DNA from: an uncultured delta proteobacterium
GTDB lineage: Bacteria; Desulfobacterota; BSN033; UBA1163
Assembly (NCBI GenBank): GCA_963827685.1
Contig: CAWHBU010000004.1
Location: forward strand, 800,001-864,000
Reading direction: 5' to 3'
DNA: 64,000 nucleotides
In this document: positions 37,372 to 47,302 of the stretch, piece after piece
How the letters are laid out: every line of letters begins with the position of its first letter
Numbering within the stretch: position 1 is the first letter of the stretch
The notes under the pieces: model-generated
The model's input: the letters and a program-made list of their open reading frames with translations, nothing else
Databases searched by the model: none
Told to the model about the DNA's origin: nothing
Translations under genes and position numbers: made by a program

Positions 37372-38136
37372 CTACATTTGTTTGAAGAGATGAAGGTAGT
37401 TGCGGCTTACGGTGAGAAGCTCCGATCTCCCTTTCAGTTTCAACATTCCCCGTCCTGTGAGTGATCGACTCACTTTGTCTATCTTAGAAACATTCACGAT
37501 GGTTCCCCGGTGTATCTGCCAGAATTGAGCGGGATCGAGTTCCTGGGCCAATTCTTTAATACTCTTTTTGATAAGGGACTCCCCTTCTTTCGTTACGACC
37601 AGGGTGTATTTATCCTCGGCCTTGAAGTAGTCTGCCTCCTCCACGGCTATGAGACGGACGCTATCTTTATTTTGTGTTTTAATCCAACGCAGGAAATCAG
37701 ACTTCCCTCTCCCGGGGAACTTGGAAAGGACCTGCTCTATAACCTCAGCCAATCTTGCGGGTGGTTCGGTGGAAGAATCCAATTGATTCTTGAGGCGTTG
37801 AACGGTCTGAATCAGTCTATCTTTTGATACGGGTTTAAGGAGATAATCAACAGCCTCCCTCTCAAAGGCTTCTACCGCATACTGATCGAAGGCGGTTACA
37901 AATACGATCCGACAGAGATCTGCGATTCTTTTTGCCACCTCCATGCCTGAAAGACCGGGCATTCTGATATCGAGGAAGGCGATCTGGGGCCGCTTCGATT
38001 CCGCTAATTCAAGGGCCTCTTTGCCGTTTTTGGCCTCTCCGCAAATGATAAGCTCCGGCCACACCTCTGACAGCATCGACCTGAGGTATGTGCGCAACTC
38101 CTTCTCATCATCAGCAATGATAGCTTTGTACATCAT
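37372..38136 (-). CDS. LytTR-family response regulator
   Basis: Receiver domain (ADDE, FLDIRMPG, TAFD, DYLLKP) plus FWQIHRGTIVN and VSR. Confidence 0.95.
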   Translation of the reverse strand: MMYKAIIADDEKELRTYLRSMLSEVWPELIICGEAKNGKEALELAESKRPQIAFLDIRMPGLSGMEVAKRIADLCRIVFVTAFDQYAVEAFEREAVDYLLKPVSKDRLIQTVQRLKNQLDSSTEPPARLAEVIEQVLSKFPGRGKSDFLRWIKTQNKDSVRLIAVEEADYFKAEDKYTLVVTKEGESLIKKSIKELAQELDPAQFWQIHRGTIVNVSKIDKVSRSLTGRGMLKLKGRSELLTVSRNYLHLFKQM

Positions 38137-39196
38137 GCCTCGGTACCTCGATAATCGCCCTGACTCCGTTTGGCTTGTTTTCTTCTAAGATTAAACGCCC
38201 TTTTTCCCCATAAAGCAATTTAATACGTTCTCTCACATTTCCGATCCCCACCCCTGCTTTGTGAGAAGAAGAGAATCCATTGCCCGTATCCATGACTTCG
38301 ATTCTAAGGAGGTCGTCTTTTTCCAAAGCCTTTATCATGATTTCTCCTCCATCCACTTTGGGCTCAAGCCCGTGTTTTACAGCATTCTCTACCAGAGGCT
38401 GAAGCAACATTGGTGGGAAGGGATGTCTGCGGACTGCATCAGGAAGCTCGATCTTGAAACGTAGCCTTTCGCCCATCCTGATTTTTTGAATATTGAGATA
38501 AGCCTTGATCATGTCTATTTCCTGACCCAATGTGATGGGATCGGGAAATGTCCTGGACAGAGAGGTGCGCAGATAGTGAATCAGGTCCAGCAGCATGGAC
38601 TTGCCATTGGCCGGGTTTGTGTCTATCAGACTGAGGATGTTGGAAAGGGTATTGAACAGGAAATGTGGCTCGATCTGGGCCTGAAGCAGTCTCAGATTGG
38701 CTTCGAGGGCTTCTTTTTCCACGGCAATTCGTTTGATCCTTTCCTGTTGGATCTCCTCCTTACTGGTTCTTAGTCTTGATATGGAGATAAAAAAGTAACT
38801 GAAAATAATACCGAGGGTGATGGCCAATATAATGCTCCGAAAAAGACTTTTTTCCAGTTGCATTAGGGTAACGGAAAAAATTTGCTGAAGGACAAAAGAC
38901 CCTATTTGCAGGCCGATCACGGTTCCACTGACAATACCTATTATGACTATGAAAGCTGCAGATACAATTTTCTCTGGTTTGGGTTTGAATATCCAAAGTA
39001 AAAGCATAATCATCGAGCAGATAGAGATGCCGAAAGATTGAGACACAATTAAATTAATGATAAAGGACTTTGTGGTGAAACCCGTAAGGGTCAAGTAAGC
39101 GGCGATCAAAGTGGATATGATAATTGTATAGAGTAAATTAATTAGAACATTTCTCGCATTGATATAATGCTTGATATAAATTTCGCTTTGTTCCAT
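38111..39196 (-). CDS. LytS/YehU-type sensor histidine kinase
   Basis: LQAQIEPHFLFNTL, QPLVENAVKHG, DTG.G, GVG..NVRER. Confidence 0.95.
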   Translation of the reverse strand: MEQSEIYIKHYINARNVLINLLYTIIISTLIAAYLTLTGFTTKSFIINLIVSQSFGISICSMIMLLLWIFKPKPEKIVSAAFIVIIGIVSGTVIGLQIGSFVLQQIFSVTLMQLEKSLFRSIILAITLGIIFSYFFISISRLRTSKEEIQQERIKRIAVEKEALEANLRLLQAQIEPHFLFNTLSNILSLIDTNPANGKSMLLDLIHYLRTSLSRTFPDPITLGQEIDMIKAYLNIQKIRMGERLRFKIELPDAVRRHPFPPMLLQPLVENAVKHGLEPKVDGGEIMIKALEKDDLLRIEVMDTGNGFSSSHKAGVGIGNVRERIKLLYGEKGRLILEENKPNGVRAIIEVPRHDVQSYHC

Positions 39197-39222
39197 GCTC
39201 AGGTTACCGGGTGCTTTCTATA

Positions 39223-40599
39223 TCAGAAAGTATACTTTAGACCGATCATCCATTGGTAATCAAGGATACTCCCAAACTCTGTATTCCTGCCACCTGCCAT
39301 GACGGTGCCGACGGAAAACAACTCCAGATGGTTACCCAGTGAATAGGACAGAACTGTTGTAAATTGGCCAGATCCATCATTCAAATTCTGGGTCCACCGG
39401 ACGGTAAGATCGATTTTGTTCTTGATATTTGTTTGAGCATATTGGAGCATGGCGTAATTCTTTCGTAAAAATCTTAATCCTGTAACGGCAGTTTGGCCAA
39501 GGGTCTTTTGTCCCAATGCCGATACCAAACCGCCAGAGCTGATAGCTCCTGCCGCCCTGCGCCTTAAAGAATAGTAATTATCCGCCTCAGAATCGCTGTA
39601 GCCTGGGCTGTTATAGGTATATTCAAGATACAAGGTTCCGCTTCCCGCAAAGGTATAGGAGCCTCCAATTAAGAGAACCGGTTTAATCGTCGAATCGTTT
39701 TTATGAAATTTTTGCATGGAAGCCCTCAAAGGAGAGCTATCCCGCTTGGGGTATAATGCATCGCTCCCTTGAGTAATGACTCCCTCGCCATAGAGCACGA
39801 CAGCATCCGAAATCGTCCATCCTCCAAAAAAGCCCAATGAAATCTTGGAACCTTCCTTGTAGGAGAGTATCACCGAACCATAATTCTCCCGGCCTGTATA
39901 ATCTGCCTTTAAGGCATAGGTCCTTTCGAAAGGTGCCAGACCATTAGGGGGGAAAAAGGTCTTCTCAAATGGATCAAGTCCATGAGTTTTGTTCTGTCCT
40001 TCATCCGTATTGGCGATAAAGGATAAGGTCCAGGAACTTGCCGGGATCCAGACCAACCGGCCGAAATCCATGCCCGGCACTTCCAGATAGGGGTTACGAC
40101 GGCCATTATCCTGGAAAAAGGGATTGGAAGGAGAGAAAAGAAAGGAAGGCCCCCATTGAAGGTTTTCGCGACCATAGGACAAGAACAGGTTTTGAAATAC
40201 CTTCCATCTTGCCAACCACTCATTGATGAACCAATCAGCATTCCATTCTGCTTTTCCCTTTCGGAGCCCTTCTCGCCAGACACTATAATCGAGTCTCATT
40301 CTGGGTTTAATGCTTAGCTCTAAAGGGTCGATATTTAGACGCAGATCCGGTCGTATCTCAAGCTCGGCCAAATAATGTGGAATTTGAAGAAAGTTGTTTC
40401 CAGGATTTTGACTTGAATCGGCGGGTTCCTGGATAACACCAGCGGCTAAAATCCTCAAATCGAACGAAAAGTGCTCGGCCAGTATCTTCTGGATCACGGC
40501 AAGGCTTGTATTACCGTCCTCATTGGCCATTCCTCTCCCCGGCAACCATCCCAAACCAACCATCGATAAGAAAACAACTGTGAGAAGACAGTTCTTCAT
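39223..40599 (-). CDS. Putative outer-membrane beta-barrel protein
   Basis: Signal peptide, GR..LQWG motif, C-terminal GLKYTF. Confidence 0.7.
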   Translation of the reverse strand: MKNCLLTVVFLSMVGLGWLPGRGMANEDGNTSLAVIQKILAEHFSFDLRILAAGVIQEPADSSQNPGNNFLQIPHYLAELEIRPDLRLNIDPLELSIKPRMRLDYSVWREGLRKGKAEWNADWFINEWLARWKVFQNLFLSYGRENLQWGPSFLFSPSNPFFQDNGRRNPYLEVPGMDFGRLVWIPASSWTLSFIANTDEGQNKTHGLDPFEKTFFPPNGLAPFERTYALKADYTGRENYGSVILSYKEGSKISLGFFGGWTISDAVVLYGEGVITQGSDALYPKRDSSPLRASMQKFHKNDSTIKPVLLIGGSYTFAGSGTLYLEYTYNSPGYSDSEADNYYSLRRRAAGAISSGGLVSALGQKTLGQTAVTGLRFLRKNYAMLQYAQTNIKNKIDLTVRWTQNLNDGSGQFTTVLSYSLGNHLELFSVGTVMAGGRNTEFGSILDYQWMIGLKYTF

Positions 40600-40637
40600 C
40601 CTAAGGCTCGTATTCCGAGAAATTGTCTCTCAGGTTT

Positions 40638-40696
40638 GTAGCGCCCCCATTGACTGGGGGCGAATTCAGCTCGTCGGCAATAAATGTCGACGCTAC
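40638..40696. repeat. GTAG-type REP doublet
   Basis: GTAGCGCCCCC..GGGGGCG..CGTCGGCAATAAATGTCGACGCTAC; second copy at 61204-61267. Confidence 0.75.
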
Positions 40697-40713
40697 CAAC
40701 TCTTTTGAAACTT

Positions 40714-41484
40714 CTATCTCGTCAACAGGTTTAGGTTGAAAATGGAATCCGGGACCTTCTTAATCGATGGCTTGCGATAGCCCATCGTTGTGACATCCTC
40801 TTTTATTATGGCGCTTGTGATAACCATTTTAGAAATGAATTCCCGTGGCTTACCATCGATAGTGATGCTATTTTCATATTCAAATGTGGCGGTTTTAAAC
40901 ATCTTTCCTGAAACAGTGTAGAATTCAGCCTTTAGTCCCACCAGTCGCTCTTTGGATATCCAATATTTGATCCGGTCATAAGTCGCCCTGTTATCTACTG
41001 CGCTTAAATCAAAGAGATAGCAAGGCTCTTTATTCACTATATCTTCCGAAGTTTGGACGATTTTATAATCACCCGCATAGTTGGTGGATGCGATGTCACC
41101 ATTGGCAGCACCGCCCACCAGTTTCTGCCGGGGAGAGATGGGAACCGGTTTGGAAAGGCCGGGTTTGGCAAACCACATGTTGCGATCCAACATCAACAGC
41201 TTCTGACCTTTCACATTGGGTGGGGCCAGAAACTCTGCCAGTGAATTGAAACCACGAGCCGTGACTCTGATGGTTCTTTGCTGCTGACGGCCTCCTTCGA
41301 TGGAATCAATTGCGATTTCCCACTCCACTCCCGCCGCGTTACCACGGGCTTCGTCCGCTTTTGTGAGGATCCCTTTTGGGCCCAGGTCTGTGGTAGCATG
41401 AAGCGGGGGAAGGGAAAACCCCACAAAGGAAACAAGTGTCAAAGCTAACATCATCAAATATCGTTTAACGGTTCGGCCATTCAT
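40714..41484 (-). CDS. Outer-membrane lipoprotein-sorting (LolA-like) protein
   Basis: Signal peptide; F.AP...KGQK.L, ISPRQKL.G.A.NGDIA, Y...GK..K. Confidence 0.8.
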   Translation of the reverse strand: MNGRTVKRYLMMLALTLVSFVGFSLPPLHATTDLGPKGILTKADEARGNAAGVEWEIAIDSIEGGRQQQRTIRVTARGFNSLAEFLAPPNVKGQKLLMLDRNMWFAKPGLSKPVPISPRQKLVGGAANGDIASTNYAGDYKIVQTSEDIVNKEPCYLFDLSAVDNRATYDRIKYWISKERLVGLKAEFYTVSGKMFKTATFEYENSITIDGKPREFISKMVITSAIIKEDVTTMGYRKPSIKKVPDSIFNLNLLTR

Positions 41485-41506
41485 CTTCTTCCTCCTTCCA
41501 ACGGTC

Positions 41507-42496
41507 TCACAGGGTTTGTCCATTCCTCCAGTTCATCATCGTTTTGCCAATGAGTTCATCACCCATCGATAGAATGGATAGATGATTTTCGTTTTCTACT
41601 ATTTTGCATACTGATTTCATTTGTATTTCTTTGTCTGAATAATCTGAGTACTTAACAATTTTTTCAGGTGCGAATAGTTCATCCTTCTCCCCAATAAAAA
41701 GTCCAAAGGGTTTATCAATTTTGCTAAATTGTTTTTGTGGAGCATCAGGGGTCATTGATACGGACATATGACGAGTTATGGATTGAAGCATCAGAGGTTG
41801 TGAGGCCAATATCTTCTCTGGGTAATTAAAATAGACTGCCGTTGTATGTCCGAATAAGCGACCGCCTGAGATTGCAGATAATATGAAAACCCAGTACCTG
41901 ACAGTCGTAAAGGAACTTCTTATATTTTCCCGGGCAGTTGCAGATTTATATCCAAATTGAGGGGATATAAAAAAATAGCCATCAACCTTTGTCTTCTTAT
42001 CCCAGGTTAAATAGTTTAGAACTAAACCACCGCCGGAAGAATGACCGCCCAGATATAAAGGAATTCCAGGATTTTTCTCTCTCACATGGTTGACGAATAA
42101 CTTCAAATCTTCCCATACCTGCTGAACAGATGGCGAGTCACCGCGAGGACCTCCGGAATTTCCATGCCCACGCAAATCGACGAGATAGACAGAGATGCCA
42201 TATTTTTCCATTAATCCCTCTGCAAGGTTTTGATACCCGGCCCCGCTATAGGCGCCCCCACCATGAAGAAATATTAATGCTGCAGCTGGTTTTGATTTTG
42301 GTGTTTTTGTATAGTAAGCCAGGTCGATTCCATCAGATGCCTTTACGAATTCTGGTCTATCCAGTAAAGCGCTCGGCCCACTCCGTATTTCATCAAAAGA
42401 GAAGGGTGCTGGTTTATCCTTTGGTTTACAGCTGAAGATAAAAACCGCGATAACTGGTAGAATAAAAACCATCAGAGCAGGAAAGATTTTAGTCAT
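41507..42496 (-). CDS. Alpha/beta hydrolase lipoprotein (lysophospholipase-like)
   Basis: Lipobox IFSC, HGGG, DLRGHG, GHSSGG nucleophile motif. Confidence 0.88.
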   Translation of the reverse strand: MTKIFPALMVFILPVIAVFIFSCKPKDKPAPFSFDEIRSGPSALLDRPEFVKASDGIDLAYYTKTPKSKPAAALIFLHGGGAYSGAGYQNLAEGLMEKYGISVYLVDLRGHGNSGGPRGDSPSVQQVWEDLKLFVNHVREKNPGIPLYLGGHSSGGGLVLNYLTWDKKTKVDGYFFISPQFGYKSATARENIRSSFTTVRYWVFILSAISGGRLFGHTTAVYFNYPEKILASQPLMLQSITRHMSVSMTPDAPQKQFSKIDKPFGLFIGEKDELFAPEKIVKYSDYSDKEIQMKSVCKIVENENHLSILSMGDELIGKTMMNWRNGQTL

Positions 42497-42567
42497 AAAT
42501 TTCTCCTCGGTATCTCTCATTATTACTAAGAGAGGCAATGAACGCTCGGCAATTTCAACCATTATTT

Positions 42568-43806
42568 TTACACGTGCCCGAGAGCGTCCACTACATTTTG
42601 TTTGGCCGCCCGCCGCGCCGGGATGATGGCAGCCAATAAAGAAAGCCCAACCAGACAGAACACCAAGATAAACAGAGCTTGCGGTACCAGGTCAACAGTC
42701 AGTGACATAGATGTGGAAATGCCTGGAGGTGTATATTGGGGAGGGAACGTCCGAATGACGGTCCAAACGCATAAATGCAGTACAATCCCCATGAAACTAC
42801 CGAAAAGACCCAGCAGGGCGCCTTCGATAGCAAAGAGCAGCGATACGCCTCTGCGCTTTAAGCCCAGGGCCCGCAGGGTTCCAATCTCCCTCGTTCTCTC
42901 CAGAATGGCCATACCCATCGTGTTGACCGTGGTCATTACAACAATGACTAAGACAATCGTAAAAAGGAAAAAGAACATCATATCGAGCATGCTTTTCGTC
43001 TTTAAATAGGATAAGGATAATTCTTTCCACGTCCTTATCTCACCAGCAATGCCGGCAGCGTTTAGCTTCTTGAGAAAGATGCCGCGCATTTCCTCGGTTT
43101 TTTCCCAATCTTTCAGCAGCACCACGATTCTTTCCGCTGAATGCGTATCAAGAAGAGACTGAGCAAAATCAAAAGTGAAGCGCATGTATTTATCATTAGA
43201 GAAATCAGAGCCGGTATCATAGACACCCATCACTTGCATATCCAAAGCATTCATCTGCCCACTCAGCGTGGAAGCCATGACAACCCCGTCTTTACCGGCC
43301 GTTAGGTTGAGATATCTGGCCAAATCCTGGGCAATTTCTGCGCCATACTTCTTCTGATCGTCCAATTCTTTTCCGTTAACTGGTCTAAATCTGGCCCAAC
43401 CTCCTTTTATCGTTTTGTCATCCTTAGGAACGACACCCTGGGCGATAAAAATGGTCGAGGCGATCCCATTGGTCACAATACCTGTTACTTGCATCTGGGG
43501 AGTAGCTAGAATAACCTCTTTCTCATCTGTAGTGAGTTTGATGATCTTTTCTGTCTCCTCTTTAGAGAACATATATTTCTCGGGTTCAAGCTTCCCTTTC
43601 TCTTGCCAACCGGCTCTGTTGATCCTTAAATGACCCAGACCCTCTGCTTGAACAGCCATAGTCCTTAACCCTCTATACGCATTATGGATCCAACCGTAAA
43701 AGAGGTTGATCGCTGCAAAGCCCACACCGATCGCGAGCAACGTGACAAAAGAGCGGCGCTTGTTTCTGATGATATTCCGAACTGCCAGTTTCATCCATTT
43801 TCTCAT
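42568..43806 (-). CDS. ABC transporter permease (FtsX/LolE-like)
   Basis: LAVRNIIRNKRRS, ERTREIGTLRALG, IPARRAA. Confidence 0.92.
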   Translation of the reverse strand: MRKWMKLAVRNIIRNKRRSFVTLLAIGVGFAAINLFYGWIHNAYRGLRTMAVQAEGLGHLRINRAGWQEKGKLEPEKYMFSKEETEKIIKLTTDEKEVILATPQMQVTGIVTNGIASTIFIAQGVVPKDDKTIKGGWARFRPVNGKELDDQKKYGAEIAQDLARYLNLTAGKDGVVMASTLSGQMNALDMQVMGVYDTGSDFSNDKYMRFTFDFAQSLLDTHSAERIVVLLKDWEKTEEMRGIFLKKLNAAGIAGEIRTWKELSLSYLKTKSMLDMMFFFLFTIVLVIVVMTTVNTMGMAILERTREIGTLRALGLKRRGVSLLFAIEGALLGLFGSFMGIVLHLCVWTVIRTFPPQYTPPGISTSMSLTVDLVPQALFILVFCLVGLSLLAAIIPARRAAKQNVVDALGHV

Positions 43807-44498
43807 CGCTTCATACCTCCATCGACGATCTTTCCATCTTCCAGACGCACCAGGCGTTTGACCTGATCCAGGAGCCGTTGATCATGGGTAGAAAAAATAA
43901 AGGTGATCTCATCTTTTTCATTTAGTTCTCGCATGATGGAAATGATCATGCGGGCGGTTTCTGAATCAAGATTGGCGGTTGGTTCATCGGCAATCACCAA
44001 AGAGGGATCATTCACCAATGCCCTCGCAATCGACACCCTTTGTTGTTGCCCCCCCGACATTTTGGCGGGGCGATTATGGATAAGTTCACTTAAGCCCACT
44101 TCCTCTAAACGGCTCAATGCCTTGGTTTTAGCTTCTGAAAAAGAGGCGCCCTTTATTTGAAGCGGCAGCATCACATTCTCCAGAGCTGAGAGAACCGGAA
44201 CCAGGTTAAAACCTTGAAATATAAAACCGATCGTTTCATTGCGATGTTCGCTTCTTTGATTATCCGACAAAGAGCGAACGTCCTTGCCGGCAATCGCCAG
44301 TTCCCCGGTCGTTGGTTCATCAATAGCGCCGATGAGGTTTAGGAGTGTCGTCTTGCCGGAACCGGATGGTCCCCATATGGCCACAAACTCTTTTTTTTCT
44401 ATGCTTAAGTCGATTCCACGAAGGGCGTGCACCACCGTTTCACCCAGATGATAGTCTTTTGTTATGTTTTTCATCTCAATGAGAGCCATATCAATCAT
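43803..44498 (-). CDS. ABC transporter ATP-binding protein (LolD/MacB-like)
   Basis: GPSGSGKT, MSGGQQQR, ADEPT, STHD. Confidence 0.95.
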   Translation of the reverse strand: MIDMALIEMKNITKDYHLGETVVHALRGIDLSIEKKEFVAIWGPSGSGKTTLLNLIGAIDEPTTGELAIAGKDVRSLSDNQRSEHRNETIGFIFQGFNLVPVLSALENVMLPLQIKGASFSEAKTKALSRLEEVGLSELIHNRPAKMSGGQQQRVSIARALVNDPSLVIADEPTANLDSETARMIISIMRELNEKDEITFIFSTHDQRLLDQVKRLVRLEDGKIVDGGMKR

Positions 44499-44551
44499 TC
44501 CTCCTTGCTAAGGGTTTCACTTTTGAGATTATCTTACATGATCCATCATGC

Positions 44552-44620
44552 TTTATAAATAGTCTGGTGACAAAAAGGTCTATCAGACGATCAAAGGGTA
44601 ATAACAGGAGTGAGAGGGTG
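44552..44620 (-). promoter_or_regulatory. Putative LytTR-dependent promoter, copy 1
   Basis: 69 nt that align ungapped (53/69 by hand count) with 46859-46927; directly upstream of the ABC operon. Confidence 0.6.
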
Positions 44621-44630
44621 CGGGGTCTAC

Positions 44631-46271
44631 TCATTTTAAATCAGCCCCCCAATCCTCCATCATCTTTCCAAAGGTAATTTGACCGCTTCTCAATACGGCT
44701 GTGTAACCGCCCCCGGGGTTTCCCCAGGCACTGGCGAGGTAAAGTCCCTTGACGGGGGTGCGGTTGTCAATCCGGTTCATATAGGCGTTGTTCATGGCCT
44801 GCTCAAATCCATAAATGGCTCCTTCGGTATTGCGCGTAAAATACCAGTTGGTGAGGGGTGTAGCTGAATCCTTCACCTCGATCATGGTGGATAAGCCCGG
44901 AATGACTTCTTCAGCACGCCGGATAAGGATATCTGTCCATCTCGCTTTTTCTCTGTTGTAAGCCTCTTTACGCCCTAACCGGTAATCGGCTTCGAATTTG
45001 CGCCATGGTTCGTAGCCGCTTAAGAATAATAGCTTAAGCGTCGATGTGCCAGGCTTTGAGTAGCCCTCGAAGAGACTGTCATAAAGGGTAACACCGAAGG
45101 TCCCCTTCTCTACGTCGCCCTTGAGGGAGAACTGATAATCAGCTTCTGGCCCCTGGCCTGATGTCACCGGATACTTGTAGTCTTTGAACTTACCCTTCAA
45201 CTCCTGGTTCAGCCCTAACCAAACGATGAAGGTGGAAATGCTCGGCCGATACTCCTCTATCTTCTTCAAATAGTCGGGTGGCAAAATCTCCTGAGGCAGC
45301 ATCTCCTTGAAGGTAGTGAGGGCACTGGCATTACTTACGACCGCTCGGGCTGGCAATGTTTTTCCGCCGGACAATTCGACCCCTGTCACGGTTCCATCTT
45401 TAACCAGGATCCTTTCTGCCAGGGTGCCATAAAGCACTTTCCCGCCTGAAGCCTCTATTGCGCTCGCCAAGGCGTTGCTCAGCTCCTGTGATCGCGGTTT
45501 GATATAGAAGGAGCCATTTCTTAAGTATTCCCCAAAGGCAATGGCATAATAAAAACCAGAGAGTTTGGATGGGGGGAGCCCATAGAATCCCCACTGGGCG
45601 GATAAAGCATTCTGGAGAGAGGGGTTTTTTACAAAGCTGCCCAGCAGCTCTGCAAGGGTTTTGTTTCTCACGTTCCACATCTTGGGATATTGGGTAGGAA
45701 AATCCGTCCTGGAAATCCTCCCTTTTTGCTGAGCCAGCTTTTGACTCTCTTCGACAATACCAATCATTTCTTGAACAATGCCACGAATGCCTTCTTTCTC
45801 CTCAGGGAAATGTTTGGATAAAAGGCCAATCAGGGCTTCCGAATCTCGCTGAGGGACTGCAATTTCGAAATTGGCTCCCTTAATCTTCAAGAGCTCTGGC
45901 AGTTCCACAAGTTGGAGTTTCTCCAGGACGCCCAGTTCTTTCAGGATTTGTGCCACTGCATTGTTATGAATGGAGGTGCCTTCGTGCGAGACCTCGAAGG
46001 TGAATTTTCCGCCGGCTCGATCAAAAGATGTTGCATAGCCACCTGGAATATCATGCTGCTCGACCACAGTGACGGGTATGCCGAACCTGGACAGATACGC
46101 GCCGCAACACAATCCTCCCAATCCTGCGCCGATGATCACAGTCGGGTAGTTTCCTTTGGGGCCCATGCTGGCGGCATAGGCTACGATCTTCTTCCGGTCA
46201 AGGACGAATGAAGCTGCAGTCATGGCTGAAATAGTTAAAAATGAACGCCTGGATATTCTTTTGTTAAGCAT
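44631..46271 (-). CDS. Tat-exported FAD-dependent oxidoreductase, phytoene dehydrogenase/retinol saturase-like
   Basis: SRRSFL twin-arginine motif, IIGAGLGGL, PGGY..SF.R, ATPLT...GAIYG, GLYLASAW..PGGG. Confidence 0.88.
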   Translation of the reverse strand: MLNKRISRRSFLTISAMTAASFVLDRKKIVAYAASMGPKGNYPTVIIGAGLGGLCCGAYLSRFGIPVTVVEQHDIPGGYATSFDRAGGKFTFEVSHEGTSIHNNAVAQILKELGVLEKLQLVELPELLKIKGANFEIAVPQRDSEALIGLLSKHFPEEKEGIRGIVQEMIGIVEESQKLAQQKGRISRTDFPTQYPKMWNVRNKTLAELLGSFVKNPSLQNALSAQWGFYGLPPSKLSGFYYAIAFGEYLRNGSFYIKPRSQELSNALASAIEASGGKVLYGTLAERILVKDGTVTGVELSGGKTLPARAVVSNASALTTFKEMLPQEILPPDYLKKIEEYRPSISTFIVWLGLNQELKGKFKDYKYPVTSGQGPEADYQFSLKGDVEKGTFGVTLYDSLFEGYSKPGTSTLKLLFLSGYEPWRKFEADYRLGRKEAYNREKARWTDILIRRAEEVIPGLSTMIEVKDSATPLTNWYFTRNTEGAIYGFEQAMNNAYMNRIDNRTPVKGLYLASAWGNPGGGYTAVLRSGQITFGKMMEDWGADLK

Positions 46272-46359
46272 GGTCTTACCTCCTTTTAAACAAAATGGTT
46301 ACAATTCATTTATTGCATTTACATTAGTCAGCACCCATTAGGGACAAAAGAACAAATAC

Positions 46360-46803
46360 CTACTGAAGTTCAATTGCGATATCGGTGATGTCCTTGTCAA
46401 CTTTAAAAGCGATTTCTTCGAACGTGGGTGCCCTAAAAGCTTCCTTGCTGGGCCGATACATCCCCCATGGTTCTTCTGGACCGAGGGCGCCTCTATCCAA
46501 AATTCTATTGCCGTTTAGATCCTGAAAACATCTGATCCCATACGTTCCTTCAGGAACATTCGTAAATGAGAAAGAGGTCTTTCCCTTCTTTAAATCTTCT
46601 GGACCAAATTCTATTATTAACTGGAATCGAGAGCCTTTATTACTTTCAAATTCCTCTTTTGTTGAGAGTTGAATAATGATAGCACCTTTCTTCGGGAAAC
46701 TGATTTCGCCCTTTACATTAAACTTTCTTTCCTGAGCCAATCCGGGGATCTGTAATAATCCCAAAAGCAAGATGAAGACGATGATGATTTTTTTGAGATG
46801 CAT
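46360..46803 (-). CDS. DUF2141 family exported protein
   Basis: F.NVPEGTY....FQD.NGN..LD....GP.EPWG....PTFEE. Confidence 0.8.
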   Translation of the reverse strand: MHLKKIIIVFILLLGLLQIPGLAQERKFNVKGEISFPKKGAIIIQLSTKEEFESNKGSRFQLIIEFGPEDLKKGKTSFSFTNVPEGTYGIRCFQDLNGNRILDRGALGPEEPWGMYRPSKEAFRAPTFEEIAFKVDKDITDIAIELQ

Positions 46804-46858
46804 ACCTTTGCTCCTTTCTTCTTAGGGTTTTGCGATGATCTTATCTGACCAATTGTGT

Positions 46859-46927
46859 TTTACAAACAGTTTGGTGACGAAAAGACCCATCAGGCGATAA
46901 AAGGGGGATTATAGGAGTGAAAAGGCG
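46859..46927 (-). promoter_or_regulatory. Putative LytTR-dependent promoter, copy 2
   Basis: Near-duplicate of 44552-44620, upstream of the DUF2141 gene. Confidence 0.6.
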
Positions 46928-46970
46928 AAAATGGAAAGCGATAGTTAGATGAGGCAATGCAACGTCTAAT

Positions 46971-47108
46971 CCAAATCCCGATTTAGAGAATAAAACCCTT
47001 TTGCCAGCCTGTCTTTGCGAGCACCTGAAAGGTGCGTGGCAATCTCATTGAACAAGGCGGGATTGCTTCACTTCGTTCGCAATGACTATTTCCTAAATCG
47101 GGATTTGG
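46971..47108. mobile_element. MITE-like element with perfect 16-bp terminal inverted repeats enclosing a GTCWTTGCGA...TCGCAATGAC palindromic element
   Basis: CCAAATCCCGATTTAG (46971-46986) / CTAAATCGGGATTTGG (47093-47108). Confidence 0.65.
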
Positions 47109-47302
47109 GTCTAACTTGTTGTTCTCAGATGTTTGAATATGCTATAAAGGCCAAGGATCTTGTATCTTCAAGGAAGCAAAGAAAATGTGGGTTGCCTCTA
47201 AATGTGCCACCGCGCGTGGCCCGACAAAGATTTTCATCACTGACCTTTGCCGTATGGCCTTGGGGGAAAAAGCTTTTCCGGAATAATCAGAAGGAGGTTC
47301 TT

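Noticed and set aside
47015-47302. N-terminal extension of the Fe-S protein ORF (likewise 61220-61303 of hemE and 33995-34240 of nuoA)
   Set aside because: These translate repeat or intergenic DNA; better RBS-supported starts lie downstream.
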